A DNA stretch of 64,000 nucleotides from Pseudonocardiaceae bacterium (GCA_035551355.1 DASZNF010000053.1:7129-71128), one strand, 5' to 3'; shown: positions 53,682 to 63,749, numbered from the stretch's first letter. Made by a program: numbers and translations. Notes: generated from the sequence alone by a model not told the origin.

Positions 53682-56363
53682 GTGTCCGGACTCGTGTACG
53701 ACCTGTGTGACACCGGCGGCGTGGCCGCCGACCAGCTCGGCCGGACGGGAACCGAACTCGCCGAACTGATCGGGCTGGGCCTGCCCGTGCCACCGGGTTT
53801 CGTGCTGACCGCGCGGGCCTGTCACGCCTATCTCGCCGCCCAGGAGGTGCCGACCGAACTGGCCGAGCCGGTCCGCGCGCACCTGCACGAGCTGGCGCGG
53901 CGGGCGGGCCGCAAACTGGGCCAGTCCGACGATCCGCTGCTGCTGTCCCTGCACGCCGATCGGCCCGGTTCCGGTCAGGACGCGCCGGCCGCGCCGGTGC
54001 GCGGCATCGGGCTGACCGACGCCTCGGTGGCCGGGTTCATCGCGGCGGGCGGCGACGAACGCGCCGTGTGGGACCTCTACCAGCGGCTGGTGGCCGCGTA
54101 CGGCACGGTGGTGGCCGGCATTCCGGCCGAGAAGTTCGAGGCCGAGCTGACCCGTGCCGACTGGGCCTGCGGTCAGGCCGAGCAGTTCTGCTCGGGCGCG
54201 GCCGAGTTACCGGCGCTGGTCGCCGCGCACAAGCGGGTCCTGCGCGAGCAGACCGGCCGGGAGTTTCCACAGGACCCCAACGAGGTGCTCGAGTCGTTCG
54301 TGCGCGCGACGTTCGACTCCTGGGCGGTGAACGGCCGGGGGCGGCGGCCGCTCGTCACTTCCGGCGGCGCGTTGACCATTTCCACCATGGTGTTCGGCCA
54401 TCTCGGCGTGGATTCGGGTATCGGCGTTGCGCACACCCGTGATCCGGGTTCCGGTAGGCCCGGAGTGCGCGGCCATTACCTGCCTGGGGCGCGGGCCGGG
54501 AACCTGGTTTCCGGCCCGCGCGGGGCGGACTCCCTGGCCCGGCTCGCGCGACTGAATCCCGATGCGCACCAACGGCTTCTGACCATTTCATCCATTGTGG
54601 ACGAACATTTTCGCGACCTGTGCGACATCGACTTCGTGGTGGAGCGCGGGCGGTTGTGGGTGTTGCGGGCCGGACCGGGCCGGCGCGGCGCGGCCGCGGC
54701 GTTCCGCATCGCGATGGCACTGCACGACGAGGGCGTGATCGACGACGACGAGGCGCTGTGCCGGGTCACCGGTGAGCAGCTGACCCAGCTGTTGTTCCCC
54801 CGGTTCGATCCGGGCGTCCCCGGACAGCGGGTGGCCACCGGGGTGGCCGCCTCGCCGGGCGCCGCGGTGGGACAGGTGGTGTTCGACTCGGTCACCGCGG
54901 TCAGCTGGGCCAAGGCCGGCCGGCCGGTGATCCTGGTGCGTACCCACACCACCCAGGACGATCTGCCCGGGATGAGCCTGGCCCGCGGGGTGCTGACCAG
55001 CCGGGGCGGGCAGACCTCGCATGCCGCGGTGACCGCGCGCGGTCTCGGCCGCACCTGCGTGACCGGCGCCGACCAGCTGTCCGTGGACACCGGCGGGCAC
55101 CGGTTCACCGCGCCCGGCGGGGTGCTGGTGCGGGAGGGCGACACGGTGTCCATCGACGGGGCGACCGGCGCGGTGTGCCTTGGCGAGGTGCCGGTGGTGC
55201 CCTCGCCGGTGGTGGAGTACTTCGAGGGCGAGATCGAGCCGGACGCCGACGCGGTCGTGCATGCCGTGCACCGGATTCTGCGCTACGCCGACCGCCGCCG
55301 GGTGCTCGCGGTGCGGGCCAACGCCGACACTCCGGCCGATGCCGCGCGGGCCCGCCGGTTCGGCGCGGACGGTATCGGACTGTGCCGCACCGAGCAGATG
55401 TTCTCCTCCGATCGCCGGGCCCTGATCGAGCGGCTGATCGTGGCCGAGCCGGACGACCACCACGAGCGGGCCGATGTGCTGGCCGAGCTGCTTCCGTTGC
55501 AGCGCCAGGACTTCCAGCAGATCTTCCGGGCGATGGACGGCCGGCCGGTGACCGTGCGGCTGCTCGACCCGCCGCTGCACGAATTCCTGCCGGATCTGAC
55601 CGAGTTGTCGGTGCGGGTGGCGCTGGCCGAGGCCGGCGGCGCGGCCGAGGTGGCCGATGTGTGGCTGCTGCGAGTGGCCCGGCGGCTGCACGAGCACAAC
55701 CCGATGCTGGGTCTGCGCGGGGTGCGGCTGGGGCTGGTCGTGCCCGGCCTGTACGAGATGCAGGTGCGGGCCATCGCCGAGGCGGCCGCCGCATGCGTGA
55801 CCGAGGGCGGGCGCCCACGGGTGGAGATCATGGTCCCGCTGGTGGCCGACGCGACCGAACTGGCCGTGGTGCGCGAGCGGGCCGAGGCAGTGCTGGCCGA
55901 GGTCAGGGAGCACACCGGGATCGACCTGCCGGCCGCGATCGGCACCATGATCGAGCTGCCCCGGGCGGCGCTGACCGCGGGCCGGATCGCCGAGCACGCG
56001 CAGTTCTTCTCCTTCGGCACCAACGATCTCACCCAGACCGCCTGGGGAATGTCACGTGACGACGCGGAATCGGAGTTTCTGCCCGAGTACCGGGCACAGG
56101 GCATCCTGACCGGCTCACCGTTTTCCAGCATCGACGAGGAGGGCGTCGGCCGGCTGATCACGCTGGCCACCGGCGAGGGCCGGGCGGCCCGGCCCGACCT
56201 GCACGTGGGCGTGTGCGGGGAGCACGGCGGCGACCCGGAGTCGATCCACTTCTTCCACCGGCTGCGCATCGACCACGTGTCGTGCTCGCCGTTCCGGGTG
56301 CCGATCGCCCGCCTCGAGGCCGGCCGGGCCGCCGCCTGCTACCCACTCCCCTCGGTCGGATAA
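53682..56363 (+). CDS. ppdK: Pyruvate,phosphate dikinase-like protein (PEP-utilising enzyme) with a divergent N-terminal nucleotide-binding domain
   Basis: The conserved phospho-His motif GGQTSHAAVTARGLG is present. PEP/pyruvate domain motifs are also present: GIGLCRTEQMF, RLLDPPLHEF, NPMLGLRG, MIELPRAAL, FFSFGTNDLTQ, CGEHGGDP, SCSPFRVPIARL. The start is set at GTG 53682 after GGAGA. Confidence 0.85.
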   Translation: MSGLVYDLCDTGGVAADQLGRTGTELAELIGLGLPVPPGFVLTARACHAYLAAQEVPTELAEPVRAHLHELARRAGRKLGQSDDPLLLSLHADRPGSGQDAPAAPVRGIGLTDASVAGFIAAGGDERAVWDLYQRLVAAYGTVVAGIPAEKFEAELTRADWACGQAEQFCSGAAELPALVAAHKRVLREQTGREFPQDPNEVLESFVRATFDSWAVNGRGRRPLVTSGGALTISTMVFGHLGVDSGIGVAHTRDPGSGRPGVRGHYLPGARAGNLVSGPRGADSLARLARLNPDAHQRLLTISSIVDEHFRDLCDIDFVVERGRLWVLRAGPGRRGAAAAFRIAMALHDEGVIDDDEALCRVTGEQLTQLLFPRFDPGVPGQRVATGVAASPGAAVGQVVFDSVTAVSWAKAGRPVILVRTHTTQDDLPGMSLARGVLTSRGGQTSHAAVTARGLGRTCVTGADQLSVDTGGHRFTAPGGVLVREGDTVSIDGATGAVCLGEVPVVPSPVVEYFEGEIEPDADAVVHAVHRILRYADRRRVLAVRANADTPADAARARRFGADGIGLCRTEQMFSSDRRALIERLIVAEPDDHHERADVLAELLPLQRQDFQQIFRAMDGRPVTVRLLDPPLHEFLPDLTELSVRVALAEAGGAAEVADVWLLRVARRLHEHNPMLGLRGVRLGLVVPGLYEMQVRAIAEAAAACVTEGGRPRVEIMVPLVADATELAVVRERAEAVLAEVREHTGIDLPAAIGTMIELPRAALTAGRIAEHAQFFSFGTNDLTQTAWGMSRDDAESEFLPEYRAQGILTGSPFSSIDEEGVGRLITLATGEGRAARPDLHVGVCGEHGGDPESIHFFHRLRIDHVSCSPFRVPIARLEAGRAAACYPLPSVG
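54590..54602. repeat. Copy of iterated 13-bp palindrome (ATCCATTGTGGAC, 1 outer mismatch)
   Basis: Read directly. It reads TCC ATT GTG GAC (SIVD) and sits in a locally AT-rich patch of the ppdK-like CDS. Confidence 0.75.
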
Positions 56364-56398
56364 CCGCTGCCGGACAGCCGGTTCACCGGGCCAGACAA

Positions 56399-56411
56399 GT
56401 CCACAGTGGAC
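56399..56411. repeat. Copy of iterated 13-bp palindrome (GTCCACAGTGGAC, exact), intergenic
   Basis: Read directly. It lies between the convergent ppdK-like and gabD genes. Confidence 0.85.
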
Positions 56412-56421
56412 CACTGGGCAG

Positions 56422-56456
56422 CCCGGCGGGCGGTGATCTGCTCTCCGCCCGCCGGG
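56422..56456. terminator. GC-rich hairpin (12-bp perfect stem CCCGGCGGGCGG/CCGCCCGCCGGG, 11-nt loop) between convergent genes
   Basis: Read directly. Confidence 0.55.
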
Positions 56457-56463
56457 GCACAGC

Positions 56464-57936
56464 TCAGCGCGGTATGGCCAGGTACTTGTATTCCAGGAAC
56501 TCCTCGATACCGACTCGGCCGCCTTCCCGGCCCAGCCCGGACTGTTTGACGCCGCCGAACGGCGCGGCCGGGTTGGACACCAGGCCGGTGTTCAGGCCGA
56601 CCATGCCGACCTCCATGGCCTCACCGACCCGGAACGCGCGGTCCAGATCCCTGGTGAACAGGTATCCGGACAGGCCCCATTCGGTGTCGTTGGCCAGCCG
56701 GATCACCTCGTCCTCGTCGGTGAAGGTGAGGATCGGCGCGACCGGGCCGAAGATCTCCGCGCTCATCAGCTTGCTGCCCGGATCCACATTGGACAGCACG
56801 GTGGGCGGGTAGAACCGGCCCGGGCCTTCGGGTTTCTGCCCGCCGACGACCACACTTGCGCCCCGGTCGACCGCGTCGGCGACCAGTTCCACCACCTTGC
56901 CCCGGCCCGCCTCGTCGATCAGCGGCCCGACGTCCACGCCCGGCTCGGCGCCCGGGCCGACCTTCAGCGCGCCCATCCGCTCGGCCAGGCGCGCGGCGAA
57001 CTCCTCGGCCACCTCGGCGTGCACGAAGAACCGGTTGGCGGCGGTGCAGGCCTCGCCCATGTTGCGCATCTTGGCCACCATCGCCCCGTTCACCGCCACT
57101 TCCAGGTCGGCGTCCGGGAACACGATGAACGGCGCGTTTCCGCCCAGCTCCAAGGAAGTCCGCACCACCGAGGAGGCGGCCTGCGCCAGCAGCAGCTTGC
57201 CGACCCCGGTGGACCCGGTGAAGGACAGCTTGCGGATCTTTCCCCCGCGCAGCAACGGTTCCACCACCTCACCGGCTCGCGAGGTGGGCACCAGGTTCAG
57301 CACGCCCGCGGGCAACCCGGCCTCGGTGAGGATGGCGGCCAGGGCCAGGCTGGACAGCGGGGTCTGCGGCGCGGGCTTGAACACCATGGTGCAGCCGGCC
57401 GCGACCGCCGGGGCGATCTTGCGGGCGCCCATGGCCAGCGGGAAGTTCCACGGTGTGATCAGCAGGCACGGCCCGACCGGCTGACGCATCAGCACCACCC
57501 GGGTCCTGCCGTCGGGCAGCTGCCCGTAGCCGCCGTCGATGCGCACCGCTTCCTCGGCGAACCAGCGGAAGAACTCGGCCGCGTAGGCCACCTCGCCCCT
57601 GGCCTCGGCCAGTGGCTTGCCCATTTCCGAGGTCATCAGCAGGGCGAGATCGTCGGTGCGGGAGAGGATCAGCTCGTGGGCGCGGCGCAGGATCTCGCTG
57701 CGTTCCCGGGGCGCGGTGCGCGCCCACTCCTGCTGGGTCGCCACGGCCACGTCCTGGGCCCGGGCCGCGTCGGCCGGGCCGGCGTCGGCGACCCGGCACA
57801 GCAGCTCCCCGGTGGCCGGGTCGTCCACCGGCAGGGTGGCGCCGTCTGCGGCGTCGGTCCACTCGCCGCCGATGAACAGCTGGGTCGGCACGGTGGCCAG
57901 CAGGGCCTGCACGTCGGCGCTGAGCACGGCGGTCAC
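56464..57936 (-). CDS. gabD: NAD(P)-dependent succinate-semialdehyde dehydrogenase
   Basis: Aldehyde dehydrogenase motifs are present: FTGSTGVG, ELGGNAP, CTAANR. It is coupled to the gabT-like gene by a GTGA overlap. Confidence 0.9.
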   Translation of the reverse strand: MTAVLSADVQALLATVPTQLFIGGEWTDAADGATLPVDDPATGELLCRVADAGPADAARAQDVAVATQQEWARTAPRERSEILRRAHELILSRTDDLALLMTSEMGKPLAEARGEVAYAAEFFRWFAEEAVRIDGGYGQLPDGRTRVVLMRQPVGPCLLITPWNFPLAMGARKIAPAVAAGCTMVFKPAPQTPLSSLALAAILTEAGLPAGVLNLVPTSRAGEVVEPLLRGGKIRKLSFTGSTGVGKLLLAQAASSVVRTSLELGGNAPFIVFPDADLEVAVNGAMVAKMRNMGEACTAANRFFVHAEVAEEFAARLAERMGALKVGPGAEPGVDVGPLIDEAGRGKVVELVADAVDRGASVVVGGQKPEGPGRFYPPTVLSNVDPGSKLMSAEIFGPVAPILTFTDEDEVIRLANDTEWGLSGYLFTRDLDRAFRVGEAMEVGMVGLNTGLVSNPAAPFGGVKQSGLGREGGRVGIEEFLEYKYLAIPR

Positions 57937-59189
57937 GCGGACACCCCCTGCGCCACCGCGGCGGTCCACGCCTGGATGCCCTCGTCGATCACGGCGTCGT
58001 CGACCACCAGGGCCGGGATCATCCGGACCACGTTGTTGTAGGCACCGCACAGCAGGAGCAGCAGGCCGTGCTCGACCGCGGCCTGCTGCACGCGGGCGGC
58101 GGCCGCCGGGTCGGGCTGGCCGTCGGCGGTGACGAACTCGCTGGCCAGCATGAGACCCAGGCCGCGCACATCGCCGATGGCGGGGTGCGCGGCGGCCACC
58201 GACTCCAGCCCGGCCCGCAGCCGCAGGCCCATGGTGTCGGCGTTGGCCACCAGTTTCTCGTCGTGCACCACTTCCAGGGTGGCCACCGCGGCGGCGCAGG
58301 CGACCGCGTTGCCGCCGTAGGTGCCGCCCTGCGAACCGGGCCAGGCCTTGGTCATCAGCTCCTGCGGCGCGGCGATCGCGGACAGCGGGAAGCCGCTGGC
58401 CAGGCCCTTGGCCGTGACCAGCACGTCCGGGGCGACGCCGAAGTGGTCGTGGCCCCAGAACCGGCCGGTGCGCCCGACCCCGGTCTGCACCTCGTCCATG
58501 ATCAGCAGGAAGCCGTGTTTGTCGGCCCGCTCGCGCAGGCCGCGCATGAACCGTCCGGTGGCCGGCACGTAGCCGCCCTCGCCGAGCACCGGCTCGACCA
58601 CGATGGCCGCGGTGTCCGCGGGCGAGGTGATGGTCTGCAGGGTGTAGTCCAGCTCGCGCAGCGCGAAGTCGGTGGCGGTGTCGGCGTCCCAGCCGTAGCG
58701 GAACGCGGTCGGGAACGGGGTGACCACGACCCCGGCCATCAGCGGGGAGAAGCCGGAGCGGAACCGGGTGCCGGAGGTGGTCATCGAGGCGGTGGCCACG
58801 GTGCGGCCGTGGAAGCCGCCGTGGCAGACCAGGATGTTGGGCCGGCCGGTGGCCTGGCGGGCCAGCCGCATCGCGGCCTCGACGGCCTCGCTGCCGGAGT
58901 TGGCGAAGAACAGGCTGTCCAGCCCGGTGGGCAGCACCTCGCCGAGCTTGGCCACCAGCCGCTGCAACGGCTGGTGCATGACGGTCGTGTACTGGCCGTG
59001 GATGAGGGTGGCCACCTGCTCCTGAGCGGCCGCCACCACGCGCGGGTGGCAGTGCCCGGTGCTGGTCACCCCGATGCCCGCGGTGAAGTCGAGGTAGCGC
59101 CGACCGTCCTCACCGTAGAGGTACGGCCCTTCTCCTCGAACGGCCACCACCGGGGTTGCCTGGCGTAGCTGCGGGGACAGAGCGGTCAT
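57933..59189 (-). CDS. gabT: 4-aminobutyrate--2-oxoglutarate transaminase (class III aminotransferase)
   Basis: Contains YLDFTAGIGVTSTGHCHP, DEVQTGVGRTGRFW and TAKGLASG. GGGAG sits before the ATG at 59189. Confidence 0.9.
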   Translation of the reverse strand: MTALSPQLRQATPVVAVRGEGPYLYGEDGRRYLDFTAGIGVTSTGHCHPRVVAAAQEQVATLIHGQYTTVMHQPLQRLVAKLGEVLPTGLDSLFFANSGSEAVEAAMRLARQATGRPNILVCHGGFHGRTVATASMTTSGTRFRSGFSPLMAGVVVTPFPTAFRYGWDADTATDFALRELDYTLQTITSPADTAAIVVEPVLGEGGYVPATGRFMRGLRERADKHGFLLIMDEVQTGVGRTGRFWGHDHFGVAPDVLVTAKGLASGFPLSAIAAPQELMTKAWPGSQGGTYGGNAVACAAAVATLEVVHDEKLVANADTMGLRLRAGLESVAAAHPAIGDVRGLGLMLASEFVTADGQPDPAAAARVQQAAVEHGLLLLLCGAYNNVVRMIPALVVDDAVIDEGIQAWTAAVAQGVSA

Positions 59190-59347
59190 CGAAACTCCCA
59201 TCGCGAACACAAGGGGGACTCGACGGTCAACGCTAGGAACGGATCGTCTTATTGTCAACAATCTACAGCTGTCGATGCGGGGGCGACCGGAACAGCCGCT
59301 CCCGGACCGGGGTTGCACCCAACGGACATCGCCGGAGGGAGAGCGCC

Positions 59348-60079
59348 ATGACCGACACCGCACGCGGCCGGGTCCGCGTCGAGCCGGGCGCCAAACGGGT
59401 CCGGGCCTACCTGGCCGGCCAGTTGGTCGCCGACACCGCACATCCGTTCCTGGTCTGGGAAAACCCGCACTACCCCGCGTACTACCTGCCCGCCGGGGAC
59501 GTCCGTGCGCAGCTCACGCCGACCGGGCACACCGAGCACTCCCCCAGCCGGGGCGAGGCCGAACTGCTCGACGTCACCGTCGACGGCCACACCGCGCCCG
59601 GCGCGGCCCGCCGCTACCCCGGATCACCGCTGGAGGATCTGCGCGGCCTGGTGCGGCTGGACTGGGCGGCGATGGACGAATGGCTGGAGGAGGACGAGCC
59701 GGTCTACGTCCACCCGCGCAGCCCCTACACCCGGGTGGACATCCTGGCCAGCTCCCGGCATGTGCGGGTCGAGGTGGACGGCGTCACCGTGGCCGACTCG
59801 CACCGCCCGCACATCCTGTTCGAGACCGGCCTGCCGCCCCGCTACTACCTGCCGCTGACCGACGTGCGCACCGATCTGCTGCGCCCGACCGACAGCCAGA
59901 CCCACTGTCCCTACAAGGGAACCGCGGGCTACTTCGCCGTGGACACCGGCGCCACGGTGCACCCCGACCTGGTGTGGATCTACCGCACGCCACTGCCGGA
60001 AAGCCAGAAGGTCGCCGGCCTGGTCTGCTTCTACACCGAGAAGGTCGACCTGTATCTGGACGGCGAACTCCAGCACTGA
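59348..60079 (+). CDS. Tandem DUF427-domain protein
   Basis: There are two DUF427-like halves (YYLPAGDV / YYLPLTDV; CPYKGTAGYF). GGAGGGAG sits before the ATG. Confidence 0.7.
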   Translation: MTDTARGRVRVEPGAKRVRAYLAGQLVADTAHPFLVWENPHYPAYYLPAGDVRAQLTPTGHTEHSPSRGEAELLDVTVDGHTAPGAARRYPGSPLEDLRGLVRLDWAAMDEWLEEDEPVYVHPRSPYTRVDILASSRHVRVEVDGVTVADSHRPHILFETGLPPRYYLPLTDVRTDLLRPTDSQTHCPYKGTAGYFAVDTGATVHPDLVWIYRTPLPESQKVAGLVCFYTEKVDLYLDGELQH

Positions 60080-60088
60080 CGCGGCTTT

Positions 60089-62164
60089 TCAGTTGATGCA
60101 GGGGATTCCGTCGGCGTTGGTGGCCGGGGTGGCCTGCGCGCCGGGGGCGGCGTACTGCGGGGCCACGTAGTCCTGCGGCGAACTGCTGCCGCTGTCCGAG
60201 CCCGGACCGCTGTAGTTCTTGCCCAGCAACACCCGCACGTGCCCGGAGGACAGCGCCGAGTCGGCCTCAACGGTGATGCTGCCGCCCAGCAGGCTCTCGA
60301 TGCTCTGGGCGGCCGAGGAGGCGCCCGAACCGTACTCGATGATGGTCTTGCTGCGGCTGCTGCCGGTGACCGCCTCGCCCTGGGTGTAGCCCTGCGCGGT
60401 CAGCTTGCTCATCACCGAGGCGGCCAGCCCGGTCGCCCCGTTGCCGTTCTCCACGTCCACCACGGTCGAGGAGTTGCCCGACGAGGACGAACCGGAACTC
60501 GACGAGGACGAACTCGACGAGGACGAGCTGGGACTGCTCGCGCCGCCGTTGATCTGCTTCTGCACGAAGGCTTGCACCGCGGACGGATCGACCTCGACCG
60601 CGTCACCATCGCTGGGCGTCTGATACGTGATCGACACGATCGGGATGGTCAGGAAATGCATCGCGCCCGAACTCATGCCCTCCATCTGCTGGGCGAAGTT
60701 CAGGACGTCCCAGCCTTTGTCCAGCACCACCGCCTTCTTCACCGCGCCGATGAGCTGGTTGAGCTTGGATGGATTGCTCAGCATCCCGGCCGACAGCACG
60801 GTCTTGGCCATGCTGGACATGAACGCCTGCTGCCGTTTGATCCGGTCCAGGTCGCCATCGGGCAGGCCGTGCCGTTGCCGGACGAACTCCAGCGCCGTCG
60901 AGCCGGACACGTAGTTGGTGCCGGCCGGGAAGTTCGCCCCGGAGTAGGTGTCGTGCACCGCCGAATTCAGGCACACCTCGACCCCGCCGACGGCCTGGCT
61001 GATGAAGTAGAAACCGGCCAGGTTCACCGCGGCGTAGTGGTTGATGGACAGGCCGGTCAGCTGTTCCACGGTCTGGATGGCGATCTTCGCGCCGCCCGCG
61101 GCCGTGTCGTTGGCCAGCTGGGCGCCGCTCTCCTGGCCCCCCAACTGTTTCTGCGCGGCGTTCTTGCCATAGGTGTAGGCCGAGTTGATCTTGTGCTGGC
61201 CGTAGCCGCCCGCGATCGTCACGTACGAGTCACGCGGGATGGAGATCGCGGTGGCCTGACCGCCGCCGGCCGGGATGTGCACCACGATCATCGTGTCGGT
61301 GGTGTCGCCGCCGTCCTCGCTGCCACCGGCCTTCAGGTCGGACAGCACGCTGGTGGGCAGCGGGTTGCCCTGCGCGTCGGTACGCGTGTCCAGACCGACC
61401 AGCAGGATGTTCTGCTCGCCCAGCGGTCCCTGGGCGTTGGGATCGATGACGTCCTCGGTGGTCAGCCCGCTGAGGCTGTTGAGCTGGGACCAGCCGTAGG
61501 CGCAACCGCCGAGCACCACCATCGCGAGTAACGCGGCCAGCGCCCGGCCGCCCAGCAGCAGCCGGTACCGGTTGCGCTCGAGCACGGTCTGCTCGCCCGC
61601 CTCGGCCGGGGGCGGCGCCTTGGCCTTGTTGTAGGCGACGGTCTGCTCGTCGTCGTCGAGCAGCGCGGTGCCCGGCCGAGCCCGGCCCGGCGGCACCGGG
61701 CGGTTGCGCGGACCGCTGCCCGCGCCGGTCGACCGGCGCTGCTGCGCATTGCGCGGCATCGGCTCGCCGCGCTGCGGGGCGTCCCGGCGCGCGGGCGGCT
61801 GGTCCCTCCGGGATGGCTGATCCCGGCGCGGCGGCTGATTGCGCGGCGGCTCCTGGCGGGCGGAGTTCCCGGGCGGTTCCTGGCGCGGCTGGTTGCCCGG
61901 GGGCTTGTCCCGCGGGACCGGCGGGGGCTCGGCCCGGGGCTTGTCCCGCGGGAGCGGCGGGGGCTGGTCGTGGGGCGGCGGCTGATTGCGCGGGGGCTGC
62001 TGCGCCTGCGGTTTGCGCGGCGGCTGCTGCGGGCCGGGCTGGCCCCGCTGTCCCTCGGGTGGAGGCTGCCGGGGCCGTTGTGGAGGCCCCGGCGGCCGAC
62101 CCTGTCCTGGCGGGCGCCGTGGTTCTCCACCAGGCGATCCCGGCCACTCGGGCCGATCCGACAT
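60089..62164 (-). CDS. LCP (LytR-CpsA-Psr) family cell-wall glycopolymer transferase with a long Pro/Arg/Gln-rich repetitive N-terminal region and a LytR_C-like C-terminus
   Basis: A TM segment is followed by the LCP core (NILLVGLDTR, DTMIVVHIP, SIPRDSYV, INSAY) and a Ser-rich linker. Confidence 0.85.
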   Translation of the reverse strand: MSDRPEWPGSPGGEPRRPPGQGRPPGPPQRPRQPPPEGQRGQPGPQQPPRKPQAQQPPRNQPPPHDQPPPLPRDKPRAEPPPVPRDKPPGNQPRQEPPGNSARQEPPRNQPPRRDQPSRRDQPPARRDAPQRGEPMPRNAQQRRSTGAGSGPRNRPVPPGRARPGTALLDDDEQTVAYNKAKAPPPAEAGEQTVLERNRYRLLLGGRALAALLAMVVLGGCAYGWSQLNSLSGLTTEDVIDPNAQGPLGEQNILLVGLDTRTDAQGNPLPTSVLSDLKAGGSEDGGDTTDTMIVVHIPAGGGQATAISIPRDSYVTIAGGYGQHKINSAYTYGKNAAQKQLGGQESGAQLANDTAAGGAKIAIQTVEQLTGLSINHYAAVNLAGFYFISQAVGGVEVCLNSAVHDTYSGANFPAGTNYVSGSTALEFVRQRHGLPDGDLDRIKRQQAFMSSMAKTVLSAGMLSNPSKLNQLIGAVKKAVVLDKGWDVLNFAQQMEGMSSGAMHFLTIPIVSITYQTPSDGDAVEVDPSAVQAFVQKQINGGASSPSSSSSSSSSSSSGSSSSGNSSTVVDVENGNGATGLAASVMSKLTAQGYTQGEAVTGSSRSKTIIEYGSGASSAAQSIESLLGGSITVEADSALSSGHVRVLLGKNYSGPGSDSGSSSPQDYVAPQYAAPGAQATPATNADGIPCIN

Positions 62165-62307
62165 GCCTTCACCTCACTCCACAACGCATTTGGTGTCCTA
62201 CGACTGGGGCCGTCCGCTAGGCCGTGCGGGCGACCCCAGGTTCCCACAACGCTGGGAACGTACCCGACCGTGGATCACGTTTGTGTTGGCTGGGTCTCAT
62301 TTCGGTC

Positions 62308-63696
62308 TCAACCGACCGGGCCGAACACCTTCCCCGGATTGAAGATGCCCGCCGGGTCCAGCGCATTCTTCACCGCGTGGTGCATGGCCACGACCTCGGG
62401 CGACAGCTCCCGGTGCAGGCCGGCCCGCTTGAGCAGGCCCACCCCGTGCTCCCCGCTCACCGTGCCACCGAGGTCCAGCGCGTCGGAGATGATCTGCTCG
62501 AAGGCCCGCTGGGCGCGGACCCGGGCCGCGTCATCGCCGGGCTCGGTGATGATCAACGGATGCAGGTTGCCGTCCCCGGCATGCGCGATGTTCGCAATCC
62601 GGACATCGTGCCGCTGCGCCGCCGCATCGATCCGGCCCAGCATCTCCGGGACCAGCGTACGCGGCACGCACACGTCCTCGGTGAGCAGCGGACCCAGCCG
62701 CTCCAGCGCCGGATAGGCCAGCCGCCGCGCGGCGAACAGCGCATCCGCCTCCTGCTGATCGGTGGACCGGGCGCTCCAGCCGGCCCCGGCCGCCTCGAAA
62801 CAGGCCTGCAGCCCGCGCGCCTCCTCGTCCCCGGCCGCGCCCGGCGCGTCCGTGCGGCCCAGCAGCAGCACATTGCCCTCGGCGGACAGGCCCATGTTCT
62901 TCCACGCGTCCACCGCGGCCAGGCAGTGCCGGTCCACCAGCTCCAGCGCGCTGGGCACCAGCCCGGCCCGGCTGACCGCGCTGACCGCCTCGCCCGCCGC
63001 GGTGAGCGTGTCGAAGTAGCCCACCACGGTCTGCTCGGGCGGCCGCGCGCCGCGCAGCCGCACGGTGATTTCGGTGACCACACCGAGGGTGCCCTCGGAC
63101 CCGACGAACAGCCCGCACAGGTCGTAGCCGACCACGCCCTTGGCCGTGCGCCGGCCCAGCCGCACCACGTCCCCCCGGCCGACCACGGCCTCGATCGCCA
63201 GCACGTAGTCCCGGGTCACGCCGTATTTGACGCAGCACACCCCACCGGCGTTGGTGGCCACATTGCCGCCGATGGTCGACCAGGGCGAGCTGGCCGGGTC
63301 CGGCGGGTACCACAGCCCCTGCGCACCGGCGATACGGCGCAACTCGTCGTTGACCACCCCGGGTTGCACCACCGCGTACCGCTCGGCCTCGTTGATCTCC
63401 AGCACCTCGGTCATCGCCTCGGTGCTCAGCAGCACGCAGCCGTCCAGCGCGTTGGCCCCGCCGGACAGGCCGGTGCCCGCGCCGCGCGGCACCATCGGCG
63501 CGCCGTGCTCGGCGCACACCCGCACCACCGCCCGCACGTCCGCGGTGCCGTGGGCCCGGACCACGGCCGCGGCCTTGCCGTAGGGCGCCCACTCGGCCTC
63601 GTCGTGCAGGTAGCCGGACAGCACGTCCGGATCGGTGAGCAGCCGGTCGGCGGGCAACTGGGCGCGCAGCGCGGTGAGCAGCGGTGTTTCGGACAT
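62308..63696 (-). CDS. FAD-binding oxidoreductase (GlcD/D-lactate dehydrogenase-like, PCMH type)
   Basis: Contains PRGAGTGLSGGA, the FAD_binding_4 pattern, and C-terminal GEHGVGLLK...DPAGIFNPGK. Confidence 0.85.
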   Translation of the reverse strand: MSETPLLTALRAQLPADRLLTDPDVLSGYLHDEAEWAPYGKAAAVVRAHGTADVRAVVRVCAEHGAPMVPRGAGTGLSGGANALDGCVLLSTEAMTEVLEINEAERYAVVQPGVVNDELRRIAGAQGLWYPPDPASSPWSTIGGNVATNAGGVCCVKYGVTRDYVLAIEAVVGRGDVVRLGRRTAKGVVGYDLCGLFVGSEGTLGVVTEITVRLRGARPPEQTVVGYFDTLTAAGEAVSAVSRAGLVPSALELVDRHCLAAVDAWKNMGLSAEGNVLLLGRTDAPGAAGDEEARGLQACFEAAGAGWSARSTDQQEADALFAARRLAYPALERLGPLLTEDVCVPRTLVPEMLGRIDAAAQRHDVRIANIAHAGDGNLHPLIITEPGDDAARVRAQRAFEQIISDALDLGGTVSGEHGVGLLKRAGLHRELSPEVVAMHHAVKNALDPAGIFNPGKVFGPVG

Positions 63697-63749
63697 GACG
63701 ACCACGGTAATCGCCGTCCGCATCCGGACCGCACCCGTGGTTTCAGCCC

